From assembly GCA_002633005.1 (NCBI GenBank), contig NMRA01000168.1, forward strand, positions 375,129 through 439,128: 64,000 nt of DNA, written 5' to 3'. The notes below the pieces were generated by a model, which did not search any database, was not told the DNA's origin, and was given only the letters and a program-made list of their open reading frames with translations. Positions 47,599 to 62,500 of this stretch are shown here, one piece after another (positions within the stretch are counted from its first letter, which is position 1; every line of letters starts with the position of its first letter). This DNA comes from Phoronis australis. Its lineage: Eukaryota > Animalia > Phoronida. Both the position numbers and the translations under genes were made by a program.

Positions 47599-50500
47599 CT
47601 ATAACTCAGATGGCGCTGATGGCGGTCTGCAGCTCGTCTTCTGATATGTGCTCTTTGTCACTTGTTCTTGATGACCCAGGTAACTAGTGACTGCTGTCAT
47701 CCTGAAAGGTCAAGTTACGCCAGGTGAACACAAAATGACTATCAAATTTTCCAAGAAAAACAGAAATGGTAAGAGCCGGACACAAGTCACCATTTCAGAT
47801 TTTGCACATCTTTCCTCACATAGCTAAGTTCATTTAAACATTTGAAAATGCAGGAATAAAACTTCCATAAATTGGACTAAAAGATTCCATCTAATTCAAG
47901 TCAAATTGAACTTATCTGAAAATGATCTTGTATAGAACCACTCAGCAAATGCATTGACAATTGGTAGGAAAGAGAACATAAGTTGCCAGTGGCTAATGTA
48001 ACGCTGCATATACTAATAGGTATTAGGATGACCACCATCATCCAAGAGTTATTAAGTAAATTCGTAAATGACATCATGGTAAAATCTCACCCACTACGGA
48101 CAGCAATAATTGCCAAAAGTGTTGTGAATGCCGGCAATTTTTCAAAACTGTCTAATGGCAGCTATGGTACAAGACTTGAGCATGGAAAACCATTTATTTT
48201 TGTGGAAAAATGAGAAAATTCACTTGTCGGCCAACCTGTGTCCTAAATTTGTCACATGTTACCGTACATTTAGCCACCATTCACAATTTCCCACAGCTAT
48301 GGTTGATTTTCATTTTCAAGATTGCATGACTTAGTGTTGTGATAGTAGATGAGACAGACGATAATACTGCTCTTTGGTATGAAGGGAATGACATGCATTA
48401 GGTTGCGAATGTCGAGGCCTTTCTTTTTACATGTGAAAAATCAAAATTGAACGAATAGTTAATTGGGAGGTGGGGGTAAGGCCGACATGCTAACTACGAT
48501 CACATAGCGCTCCTTATTGTGTTGCGTACTGTATGCATAACCATCAACTTGCACCCTGTCTTTGTGAGCTTATCCCGACCTGTTCTTATATCTGGTAGCC
48601 TTGCATGCATTCCGTAGACGCGAGAACCTCGCGTAAACGAAAGGCCACGTGAGACTTTTTGAGATGTCGCTAAGTATTCGCAAGCGAAACACATGGTCAC
48701 ACTAGCTTCCTTTGTGACTTTCTTGCAGCTACAAAAACCATTCCCAGTTTCGTTTTATTGCTGCCTCAATATGAAACATGAATAATCATGGAATAAAGCA
48801 GACACTTTATAGATTTTATTTGCTATGCATCATGGTGATCCCTGTCACTATTCTTTGGAAGATACATGAATTTGAGCAAATGTCCATTAAAATTTTTAGC
48901 ACACAACACTGACGAGTGCTCGGTCAATTCTGTATACAGGAGGGGTTTACTGCAATATGCTGTAAGTTACTTAGGCAATGAAACTCTGAATAAACGCAAG
49001 CAAACAATGACTTACTGGTAGGCTATAAATTGTGTGTGAACCCACTTCCTCTTGTCTAGACAGAAATTGCTGAAAAAAAAACAACACAAAAACGTAGAAA
49101 TGATGACATCAGCAAGCAATACTTAAGTATATATTTCATGGAGGCATGTTTAATTATTAGATGGGAGAATGCTCATTTTCCAAGCCCTTTGTTGAAACAG
49201 CGCTGCATTGAGCTGGTTGTCTCTTTTTTATCACTGTCATAAAGGAGCATTCAGGGAAAATAACAAAATGAATGATGTACAAGCTCAACTAAATGCAGAG
49301 GAAAATGACAAGTATCGTGGTATTGAAGCACACAAACCATACATTCAGCTGAGATATCAGTAGTCCAGTGGTTGTGCTTAAAACTATGTACAGGTGAGAC
49401 TGTGGTCTTAATTTGCCGCAATGACAAGCATTTTTCTGCAAAGACCTTCGGTGGAATTTCTTTTCAGGTCTGTTTTATGACACCTACACAGCCAAAACAT
49501 GCCTAGTTAAAGTAAATTTGACTTTTGATGGATTATCAGCTTTGTCAAAAAATTTGACAAATTGAACTTCACCTTTAAGTCCAACAAAATTTGTACTGAA
49601 CAGGTGAAGAGTTAAATTAATGTATTGTAAGTGGAGCGATCAAAGTCAAAGTCAGTACTTACATAAGGTATGTCTGCTCCCCTTCAAATCTTATGGTCAT
49701 TTCTATATAGAGAGGCACAGTAGAATGAATGGGTACAGATACCACTGTGGCATTGGACGACTGGGCGACAATCGTTGTCCCATATAGCAAGGCAGTTAGG
49801 GAAACATTTGTCACATCAATGGCGAAGAAATTGCCATTTGTGACATTATATGTGTTCTACAATTAAAAAGGAAGACGGTGAGCATCACTTGTCTATGTAA
49901 AATGTAAGAAGCAACAATTTACACAAACACACTACAAAGCACTGTCAATTTAAATAAAAAAGCATGAAATCTGTGCCTGGAAAATGGATAAGAGGTTTGA
50001 ACCTGTGGTATTTTTCGGATCATTGATTTGAATTTTAAAATCGGTTAAGTAAGTTCAGGACCTGTGATTCGTGTTCCCTGGTTAGTCTTGAAACCTTACA
50101 CAGCAATAAAGCTTTTTAATGATGAAATGTATTCTTAGTTATTCAGTTCATTCCCGTTTTGATGCATATTCTTCTTCTTATTAACTGGAAAATTGTAGTA
50201 CCATATATTAATTTAAATTTATTTTGGGGTTTTCATGGAAACTTTTAACTCATTCTTTGGCAACGTTTCTCATCGAGAAGCGATAATGGTGGTGCATTTA
50301 TACTTTTAATCAAGGCTGGAATCAGAGGTATTTCTGCCATGGACCCGAATACTGCTGTGCCTCCTAGTAGCAAGTTTATTTTTTACATTTGCCTTTGAAT
50401 CATCGAAGTTCCTTGACAGATTAACAACTTTTAATTTTTGGATGTGGTTCAACATACATCCGGCGCCATCTAGTGGCCATTTTTATAACATTAATAAATA

Positions 50501-53500
50501 CGTTTTTTGAAATATGTGACGAAACTGACATGTAATCGTATATTTTTGTGTTTTGTACATATAATTTATGCCTATTTTTCAGTTCCAATTCACATGCATG
50601 CTTAAGAAGAAAGAATGCTGAGTCAGGTTCCAGTTGTACCACTTTTTCATTATGTTGCCAACTATGAATATGACCTCAGTCTGCCGGTGTTTAAAGATTT
50701 GGAGCACCATTCCCTGAACTAAGAGTCTGGCCTGCATGTATTTGAATGGAGAACCTGAGCATTCAGTGAATAGCAGACTCGAATGTTGGCAATTAAATAC
50801 ATGCAGGTAGTAAGCTGTGCCAGGTGGTCTCTCCCTCTGGTAAATTGTAACTGCTGACAACAGTTCGACTGACCGCACTCGATAAATAGAAAATCAAATT
50901 TTAGTTGCAAAACTCGCCAAAATGAAGATTTCAAAATAGGCCAGTCCTGAAATGGCACGGCACGACTGTCATTATAAGGTATTTATCCACAATGCAAAAG
51001 TTGTCCTGCTTCTTCACATGTTAATGTACAAGTCATATCCTAATGATTGTTTAATTCATAGTCATGATCAGGCAAACTTATATTTTCAGTTTCAATTGCA
51101 GTATATACATCAAGAAATTGGCAAAAAGAATAATACCACTGCAAGATATGTAATATGATCTTCCCCTGTTAATTAACTCGGGTGTGCTTTGCCGGTAGCT
51201 AAGCCGCAGAAAAATTTAATCCATGACAACCTCATTGTGAAACAAGGTTGATAACTGACAGTCTGTGATAAAATAACAAGATTACGCATTAATCCAATTA
51301 GAATAGGGGTAAATATAATTTAGACAGTCAAATGGTAACGAGAGACCCATATTTGGAAAAGGATAATTACAACATGTTAATGGTTCAGCAAAGGTCAAAA
51401 AGTTGAAAGTGAAGAAAGAAGTAAACATTTTCAATGATTTTATCAAATACCAAAGCCTGACATTCACGGCCAATTTTGCCAAAAACTAATTAGCTTCTTT
51501 GAGATATAGTTGCCCTCATATTCTGTAAGCTTGGTGGAGATCTGTGACTGACTTTTTCAGTTATCCCATGGAGATGGCCTTGCCCCTCCATACAATTACA
51601 TAGAGTCCAACCATCTATTGGAAAATTTCTCTAGAAATCAATTAACTGTAGAGCATATGGTTAATAACTTCTTGATGTTTTGCATTAGAATTGTACCAAC
51701 TTAGCATTGTATGGTGAAAACATGAATAACACTGTATCACAATTTATGCTTTACACAGTATTTTACAAAGACATCGAGCACCACATGCAAGGCAAGCAAA
51801 CACTTACCCTAACAGTAAATTCCACAAACTGTTCACCAACAGTTGTGTTGGTGTTATAGGATCCATTTATAGCATCGAGAAATGGGTTGTCGGAATCAAT
51901 TTCTATTGAGCGAGGGAAGAGGAAAAATAGCAAAAGAGCACCGATAATAAGACAGACTGCAACAGCAATTAACACCCATATCCACCTGAAACAAGCAAAA
52001 CATTGTTTTATTATTAAGCAAACTCACAAACATTTTAAATCCGGTCTGCGTACCACCTGTTGGCCACATCACGTGATCTAATGAACGAAAGTCTGAAAAG
52101 CTTTCTGCCCCCCCCAACCAGGACTCAAACATAGCACCTTCTGCTAATGGTGCAGTGTAAGTAAGTATAACAACACACAATGTGATCATAAACAGACAGT
52201 CTATTAGTGTTGGAAAATATCTTAGAAAACAATAAAAAAGCTGAATATTGACAATGAGGTACAAATGAAGAGGGCATCTCCTTTTCATTAACTGTGTAGA
52301 TCGAGCAGCATGGAGACAGCTGGTTGATAATTAAGAGCCCATGCACAGAATGCATATTTTGACTGGTTATTTTACTGACAGTACAAAGCAAACTTGAACT
52401 CCTCACTGAAACTGACACATAAATGCAATACAACATTACAATAACAACAGGAAAATCGGTGGGTCTCACACCATCAAAGGAGTATAAGATAAATCCAACG
52501 TGAGCCAACCCCTGGACCTCCTGCACTGGATAAAGCGTGAAAATGTAATGAAAAATAATTATACATTTATAAGCAGATTGATGCGTTCACACCAAGAAGG
52601 TAGGCACAGTTATAAAGTTCTCGTCAGCTGCCTGATGCTTATCTATGAATTATAATTTGAAGTGGGTGATAAGATAGCTGTAATATTTTGGGGAAAATAA
52701 AATATATCTAATAATGATAATAGCCCACTTGACATTGTTTCAGTATCCAGTGGCTCAGTGGCAGTGAAAATTCTTCAAATAGGCCAGAGTTCAGTATTAA
52801 CCGTGGGCCGTAGACCTAAGACAATACAGCCTTTTTAAAGGAAAAATGATCTAACATATTGAGTTAAGTGATAAGTAAGTTTGAATAATTTTCACAGCAT
52901 CACTGCATATTGTCTAGCTAGTCTTCAGACAACTGACTCATGCCTTTGGTGCTTTTCCCATTAGTAACTGCCAACTTCGGTGGATTTCTTTTCATAAATG
53001 CAATATTCACATATTGCATATATAAACTTTACTTTCCATTCTACCAATATTTCTTTAATGGCACCATTTATGCACCAAACATGTAAGTTACTTGATACGA
53101 CTTCTACTGGTTTAATTGGGTGACTCCATAATTACTAAGTAGGTTATGAAAAATACAGGTTCCGCTTTTTGACATCTCAATACTTTGAGAGCACAAAGCA
53201 GTTCATCAATATGGGGGCGTTTGTATCATAAGGACCCACGTGATTTACCTGAATGTGGGCATTTCTATAGAAAGGTCCCTCGCTTCACTAGCAACATATA
53301 CTGAGTTTCGAATTCCAAATTAGGTGGAAAGTTTTAATGTCCAATTTCATCCCTTTCTTCAGTGGATGGGTTTATTCGCATGAAATTTTGAACAATTATT
53401 TTATGGTCTATGACCAAGGGAACGCAGCCCCAGATTTTTTATTTTTATTTGCACAACAGCTATCTGCTGCCAAAAATTAAGACGTTCTTGTTTCAAAGTT

Positions 53501-56500
53501 TACTAAACACTAACAAATGAATGTTCCAACATTTCAGACTTACCTAGTCTCTGCAAGAAAGCATGTATTCTAACAATTACCGTAAACGTTCGGGTTAACG
53601 CCCATGCTCAGTTAACCGGTAAGTAAAAAATTTTTATATGTACCTTTCAGAAATTTGACAAAATAATATTCTACGTGTATGTCATGTCTCAAACTGAAGA
53701 ACTGAGCACTCGTTTATGTTGCCAACCTTTAAAAAATTGAAAGTGGGAGTTTTAGCAAATATTTGCCTACCAAATTGATGCGTCTTTACACATGTTTATA
53801 CTAGTTCTCACTTTGACAATAGTCATTTGCAGGGTTCCAGGTTTTTAGACCAGTTTAACACCCATTATCCAGTGGATGATTTTCAAAAAGCAAAACCCCT
53901 GTAAGTGATTAATAACTTCGTTTCCATAAACACTTACGTCCTCCTTGGCTTAAGTCTGCTATCACTAAATGGTATCAAGGCAACCAGTTCATTGTCTTTA
54001 CCTGTAATAATAACACAGCTCATTAAGAACACCTCAGACCACCAACAATGTAAAGTTGAAAAAATGTTTAGCTTTAGTCTGTGGCCATTTGCTTTACTTA
54101 TTTGCGAGTAGGCCTGAAAACTTCTCATTGCTAACAAGCTAGCCATGAGGACTGAGGGCCAGTCCTAATATTTGGGGACCTCAATATTTGACAGGTGGCT
54201 ACATTCACCTTTCTCAGCATTGGCAATCAACTTCGGTGATATAAGGTAAAATCTTTTTTGCCAGTGGATATGGCTAAGAGCTGGACTATTGGGATGTACT
54301 TTAACCATTTTGATGTTACCTTATGCCAAATAAAAAGCACTGGTTATTTTCGACAGGTGGCTTTCTGTATCATTTCCGTCTCCCTCAGGCCCTCTGCAAC
54401 TATGCATGAAACAGTAGAATATACAATAGCCTAGCAAAAGGCCCAAGGTCTTGTATCTACAGTCACTTTCATTGAACGAACACAATGATGAACTATGAAA
54501 TTCGAAAATACCATAAAGGGAATTCCATTCAAAATAGGTCGGTCAGGTGACACAACAATGATGACTTCCCATGAGAAAATTACAGATCAGCTGGTGGGTT
54601 TTGGCTCTTCAGTTAAGAAGTCAAAATATGTTTAACAAGACCGCTAATCAGGGTGAAATGTAGCTTTTAAAAAGGAACATTACCCATGAGAAGAAGGATT
54701 TTCTGAAATCAGCCTTAGTGCAGAATTGAACGCGTAAGTAAGCCCATGGTCACAGACTAACATTCAGCTGACGACCCACAATTTTCAGCTGTAAATCCAA
54801 CAATGTCCGTTTCACACGAGATACTTTAGTGCAAGCTATATAAAATTTGACAATAAGAGATCAAATTTCTTTTTGATTTATTAAAAAAACATTACTTTGA
54901 AACCTCACTGCTTGCTCCAAAACTTACCAAATGAAAACTAAGCTTCACCATGTTATCACATGGCCTTCCTGACATCACTTAAAATCACAACTTGGCCATA
55001 AAATCAAATTCCCTCCTTCCTTCTGTTACAAACCTATCACCTGCTAGCCAGTTAAAAGTTTGAACACACATCACAGAGGTGTAAAAAGTATGAGTTACTA
55101 GGTTGTAGGGTGTGAGAATTTGCAGTTACGCAATTAGTGATTAAGTTTAACAAGGCCAAGTTGTTTGATCCCTTGACAAAACAGATTTTTTTTGAAGAAA
55201 ATTTATCCTCTAAATTAATCTCACCACATGACACATGGCCATCATGACACAGGTATTCACTCCAAGTCAATAAACAGTTAACCCAGACAACTGTTGCATA
55301 ATCGGTAGCTGACAAAGGTGTCTGGGGCCCAGCCAAATACTGGCTCAGGTTATGTCCTTCAAAATGGTACACAATCGAACCATTGGTCACACAGAAGGGA
55401 ACTGTTAAAACTTTCTATCTGTGGGTGTTGGCCCGATTCGCATTCATGGCTTGTAGTGTGTAGGTTTGATAAAACAATTTGCCAAAAATCCCATTATATG
55501 CAAAGCGCAACTGGCCTTTGAAAAATTACTATTTTGGTAATTTATTTAGGCAAAATATGTGGAGGATTTACTGTTGCCTTTCGTCAGTACCTAACTTTCT
55601 AGAGTGCAGGACAGTAAAAGGATAAAAATGAGTATTTAAGCATTTTCCAAGATAGTTATCCAAATTTGTGTAGTCGCATACGAGTGTAGATGTATAGTAA
55701 ATGTATTTGACCAGCTATTGGTTATCACATTTTACTCTGAAGTGACAAATAAGCCTAATTTGGCCTCAGCCAGTCCATGGTGTTATAACAACAGTGATAA
55801 TGAAAAGTATATCTGTCGCTAATAAATCAATAAACACAACAGTACAACTCCATACATCAGTAAGTGTGCTTTGCAATAAAACGGCACTATTGAATTGTGA
55901 TAGGGGCAAGGTTCACAGTGCACACACATATCCTTCAGGGCTTCAAAATTATCCCCAGGATAAGTTGGATTGTTGCACATCGTCAGGTGCATAATGTTCA
56001 ACAATAACAACGTGACGCGTGATAATGAATTGCCATTGTTGCTATAGGGTGTATGCAACTAGGCCCAGACGCATTGTCAGCAGTCAAGTAAAATATGCTT
56101 GATATGTTAGAGTTTGTAATCGCCAATTTTTTTTCTAGCTTGGTGAGTACCTAGTATTCATGGAACAATAGAAAGTATTGTTACAGCCCTCAGGTAAAGG
56201 GCCTGCATGTTGGTTCTGCATTCACCGTCACCAAGAAAACACAAATGATTTGCACAGACTGAGACCAATAGGAAGTACTATATAATGTTACTGAAGTGAA
56301 TACCAAACCAAAATACAGGCCCTTTACCTGCAGGTTTAATTCACTTTCTATTGTTCCATGGATAGCATATGCATGCCAGCAGGACAGCAAAATCACCAGG
56401 AATCTGTATATTTACTAAAAGGATGTGACTGCTTTCAGACGGTTCAGATTACCAGTGGTTAAACGAATTCCTCTAACTATTCTGGTACTAGAAATGAGAG

Positions 56501-59500
56501 TTGAAAGTTTGTAGTGTGATATTTACAATGACACCTATTTGCGATTTCCATAAGTGTTCTTCTATTTCTTAGGCTAATGAAACTAAACTTGATGTACCGC
56601 TATTTATTTACTATGATATTTAAAATGAGGGTGGCCTCTTCAGTGATAGCACTGCTTTCCAAGAGGGCCCTCTTGATAAAGTCGCAATTCTCACTCTGGC
56701 CAAAAATGTACTGATTTGCAGGGAACTCACTTTTAACCCATCATATCATTCATACATTAAAACTGTAAAATTACGAATATTAACCTGCAAAACTAAAAAA
56801 CTCTTAAAAGATTTCCAGCTATGTACGTTTTCTTTTGCCTCCGTGACACTTTATTCCTGTGAACAAATTAAACTAATTCATAAGAGTTACCCCTTAACGA
56901 AAAAATATACAGTGCATAATTTACAACTGAAGACAGTGTCAAACAGCTACCATGCACAGTTTTGCAACAGGTAAAAAATGAAACATTCTGGTGTCACCCA
57001 AAACCATGATGTGATTTGAACATGACTTCAGCAACCCTCATATTCTCATTTATAATTATCAGGATTAATCTGTCACCAAGCTCTTGACTAATATCATCAA
57101 TTATCCCAGCTGGAGTGAGAATGCTGGTTGCTGCAATGACACCTAGACAAAAATGTGTATCGCCAAAAGTAATGCCTAATAAACTGTAACAAAAAGATAC
57201 CCCAACTATCTTTGATTATATCATTCATGGAGAGCAACACAACACTAAGGGTACTACATAGACGACACTAAAACAGTGAGCAAGAATTGTTATCACTTAC
57301 AAGGGTCCTGCGTTTTGATGTGTTTTCTACACTAAAGAATAGGCATCAAACTGGTTCTCGATATCAGGGATGCCAGTGATTGATTGTTGTCAAAATGTCA
57401 GTAAAACAGGCACATCCCCTTTGACAAAAATCAATGGAAAAGCAGGGAATGCTAGCATGCATCTTCAATCTCTATATCTTGTTGGAAGGTAGAACTGTCA
57501 AGCAATGCCATGGGCAGGATTCTAAATTTCAGCAAAGATCTTCTAAACTCTAGTCCTGGCTCCAAACCCACAGTACAAATCCCATACTGCAGACCGAAAC
57601 TACAGACATGAGGGATTAGACAAGATTACTCATCCGCACCCATAAGTCCAGCTGAGGAATCTGGTACCAGAGACTGAAGTTTGGTCACCAGGTATGGAAC
57701 ATTTCGGCATGCATAGAATTCAGGGGCACAGGACTGGGGATACCAATCATACCATAGGTTTGTTGACAGCTTGTAATCAATATGGTTAAGAGGATGGTTG
57801 CATAAATTTAAAGGCGCTATCATGGAATCGTTTCTAACCGCCGATTGTTCCCATACTCAGGGAGTGGACCATAGGAGTCAGTTGTCACCCCCATCTCATC
57901 AATGGGAGACCTCGGAGAAAATTTAAGTGGGCCAACATCATGTAAGTTTTCTTGGAAAAATTAAGAGAAGGGAGCATTTGGACGGTTAAGTCATGTTACG
58001 TCCATTATTCATTTCCATACATTTAAAGATTATACCTTGTATAACACAAATGTTTCATGAATTACGTAAGAAATTTACAGTACACAACACATGTCATTAA
58101 TTGATAACATAATCATATCCCATTGTGAGGCATGCAACTAACCAATGGAATAGACTATTGCCATGACACCATGATAAGTCCCTTATTAGGTTCTATGGAC
58201 ATCAGCTTGGCATAGAACGGAGAACAGCTAACAAGTCCAAATTCCAGGGTTATATCATGTATATAAATGTTCAGAATACTGAATCGATAAATTTCATGCT
58301 TCAGCTTATATCAGTCTTTTTCAAACTGGTTTTGCTATACTTTCCACACCTCATATTTCATCATTAAAATGTCATTAGCCTGACAACTTTGAAGGTAATT
58401 TTTTTCTATAACAGGAGATAAACCCCCCAAAAGGTGATCTTTTAACAGAGGCATAATTTTATAACAAGAAATGCAGACAGGAACTGAAAACAAGCAACCT
58501 TGAACATAGAACAAACTCCCGAAAAGTAAACAGAATTTCGGACAAGAGTAGTTTCGAAAATTGACTACACTTCATTTTTCAAAGGTTTCATTCACAGTTG
58601 TGAGTACCCACAACATCTTACTGGTATAACATGTAGTAAAGGCAGCTACACTACAGAACTTGTTGCAATTGATCTTTCACGAAAAAACGAAAACACACAA
58701 TTACATTCATCCACAATACTATGTGGTAAATTGTGATTTTACCAGGTACTAGCTATAATTTAAACACACACCCCCAACCAAAAAATGAAAGTGAAAACAC
58801 TCAAAAAGCACAATCCACTTAATATAAATGATTAGGTTTATTGAAAACTGACACAACATGAGCTGATGGTTAGCATGATAAACAGTATGAACAATAAAAG
58901 CACACTTGAGTTCACTTTTTTAAATGTTGGGTCAAAACACATAAGAATGTTCATTTAAGAGTCATTGACAGAGTTTTCCAAGTAATTTTCAGGAATGTAA
59001 TATGCAGAAGTAGCAGCTCCAGTAGTTTCCTCTAAAGCTGTGCCTTCATCCGCCTGGCTATTTTGTTCTTTTATCTTACGAAGGTATTTCAATATGGCGC
59101 CTTTCTGAATATCCAAAGCCTCAGACAATACTCTCAATGCAACTTTATCAGGATTTGAGGACACGCGTTGACTGAATTCGTTGAGCACCCCTTTGGCATG
59201 AGCGTTGATGAACACACGGCGACCTGAACTGGGAACATCCTGAAATTTAAGAAAATCATCCTAGTTGAGGCAGTTCTCAAGTTTGCTGCTTGTTAAAGGT
59301 ACTAAATTGAGTCTTTGCTGTTTTTCTCAGAGTTAAGCGTCTATAAATTCGTGATTCATTGAAGAACCGAACTTTGATTCAGACCACTCACCACTAATTT
59401 AAAAAATGATCTTAACTTGCTCCTTTCCCAAACAAGAAGTGATTTCAGGGTTTGCAAAGAATTGCCAGTATGTTATTCCATTCAGACCATGCTCAGTGCA

Positions 59501-62500
59501 TCAAATGACAAACACTGAAAACCCACTTGTTGTGCCAAGTCTTTCAAAGCTCTGAAATCACCACCCATTTGATGAAAAAACAAGTCGACACCAATTTCAT
59601 AAAGGTGAGTGACCAAAATCAAAATCTGACGATTGTGATTAAAGCTGCTTTAAAGCAAGTTTTAGCCTATTGGCGGACATTAACTACGACTTCCTCAGTT
59701 ACAGGAACATGAACGATGGTACTTATTTGTTAAAGTTTCAAAATCTCAATGAATATATTTACATAGTGATTAGCATAGTTCAGTGACAGTCTTTCATTAT
59801 CCAAACTTGATTGAAAACACCACTGTACTTTCTGTTGGACAGCTTGACGTACACATGCTCATGCTCTCTGCACAATTTCCGATCTTACGGTGTGCACTTG
59901 TAAAGCAAATCGTCAATAGGCAATATGAACAAACAAGATATAATAATACCTATTATTTCAAGACCACATGTCTCATCCTCAGGCAATATGGTAAAACGAA
60001 CATGGTGGAAGCGAAATAAGCAGTGAAACAAACAGTGACAATAAGTAAAAGGAGTATACAAGCTGAATGTGGACATGTAACACAGCCTAACGGAACAGAG
60101 CCAGCTATTCAGCGCATTTTTTCATGACTAATCAATAGAGACTCCAAAATCTTCAACAGAAATGTGTCCTTTTCTACGTACCTCTTCTGTCTACAGTACA
60201 GATTTTTTAAGGACCACAGCTTAAAGTACTTACGTCATAGTACTCTCTGTAAAGCCGATGTTGAGACTTCGATTTCTGTCTGTACTCCGCATACATTCGC
60301 CTCCTTTCTTTCTGTGGCTTGTTTAGGAAAGCCTCTATCTTGCCAAGATTTTCCCTTAGGCACCGACTCTTTTCGAGATTAACACCCGAATTTCCCTGAC
60401 GAAGGATTTCTGACAACAGGCCTTGAGTACGGTTGAACGCCACAGCGGCAAAAATCTCCTGTGACACGCCCGCACTTTTCATCTCATCTCGAATGCGAGA
60501 GAAGATTTCCTTGTCAATAGGGAGTGCTGGTGGGACAGATTTTTTCACCTCAGTCGCCAAGCTGACCAAGTCTTGCAGGTTAGCTTCATCTGCAATGAGA
60601 TGGGAGTGGTTTCCAATACCAAAAGTAGACACGTGTTCTTAGGATTACATGTTTTAAACTGTGGCAACAAACCGTACTACAGTTCAGTTTTCCTCTCATC
60701 CGTAGAGAGGCTTGAAAGCCAAAACACCAAATCTACTGAGATGTATTTTCCACCAGACTACTTTTACAAGATCTGATCTTGCACAGCCTCGAAACAGTCC
60801 ACATCGCATCAATGAAAACTGTTGCAGGTATAAAGTCTGGTTTATTTTGAATAAATGGTGGCAAACAAAAGAATGCAACAAAACTATAAAAATGACAAGA
60901 CATCCATTTGCACCTAAGAACATGTTTCTCAGTTGGAAAACACTCACATTCTTCTTTGCTTGAGTGTTACTAGTACCAGTGGTAAAATCACAAAACCCAC
61001 AACCACCACTTGTTGACCAAGAGACATACAACAGATAGTCCAATAATAACCTGCAGCATAACTTTGTGTAATAAGTAATGATAACCTTGTATTCCATGGT
61101 TCGCATAAAACTTTGACTCAGAAATTCCATGACTTTGCTATTACTTTTCAGGGTAGTTTAAGGAACAATCAATGCAAATTCAAAGCCATTCTATTACAAT
61201 TTGTGTGTTACAACTCCAAACTCCCTTTCATCACTGGGAAAAAATTTCGAAACAGGAAATCAATCAGGAAAGAGGTGTTATGCATTTTAATTATTTATTC
61301 TACAAAACACAAGTAACCAATTTTAAGATATCTACTGCGACAACCACCTTGACAACAAGACAAAATAATCACAGGACAAAACTTGTCGAAGATCTGAAAA
61401 GTGTATGAAAATGGTCACCAAGTGAAATGATGACTTTCACCAACCATGTGGGAATTCAACAGTACCTACTAAGTAATATAGCAAAATCTACCACTCTGAG
61501 ACAAATTTCAACACTTCTGCATACTCCAACCAAGTCTTCTACTTATGACCCGTCAACCACACCAACCTGAGCATACACACTGACTTATCATGTGAAACAG
61601 TGTTGCTCAAAATAAGCTATCTTGTTTCAATTGCATGTACCAACTTCTGCCAAAAGTATATACCACTAATGCTAAAAACCATTCAGCTAGCAAATGGTGA
61701 CTTGTGCTGAGCTAGCGATCACCCAAACGGGAGTTAAGACTACCGGTATACAAAATGTTAGGGAACATTTTATGCGTACATTGGATGCAAACATGAATGT
61801 GCACCTGATCAAGAAAAATTACTGCCCTTCATGATTTTCTTTAAATTATGTTTTTGCAGTAAAAACTAATTCAAGGGGTTTTCTGGGTAACAATTACATT
61901 CAAGCATTCAAAGACAACAAAGGATCTAAAATCAAGGACTTTTCAAGGCCAGACGTCGATTCAAGGTGTATTCAAGGACAAGACTGACTGGAACCGGAAC
62001 CGTGTATTCAATATTTGTTCTTGCATGGGACACATGCACCTAAGCAAGCACATGTACAACATGTAACAATCTAGGCTGGGAATTCTCACACATTGCTTGT
62101 CCATCTATGTTCAGTAGTTCCCTTCGGTATAAGAAACTTTTAAGAAAACAGAACGTCTAAGGTCATATTCTTGGCACATTGCCACCACGTGAACTTGAAT
62201 AATGAAAAGTTCATTCATGAATGGCTCATGGTTATTTTTATCATTTTTGTCCAGAAACATTTGCCAAAAGTGCATTTTTTTGATTTTTAATGGGCTGATT
62301 TTTAAAACATTTCTAACACAAATAGTACATTTCACACCCGTTTAGCTTGTCAATATTGAATTCTTATAAATGAAGCGCTTTGGGATTTAAAAATGTTACC
62401 ACTCTCATCCCATCACCTGAATGGTGCCGTAAAAATAGGAGTACGCGCAATGTAAAAATGGCCGATTTAGACAACAGACCGAAGGACTTCTTGAAGAAAA

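Noticed and set aside
57540-57960. GC-richer coding-like patch in TMEM106 intron 1
   Set aside because: No consistent frame, splice signals or homology recognised.
60696-61130. 144-aa ORF, or an AG..GTGAGT segment (~61050-60948), as the upstream coding exon of the CUT gene
   Set aside because: No ULD/CUTL similarity, and its open frames exit in phase 0 or 2, which is incompatible with the phase-1 CUT exon. It could at most be non-coding.
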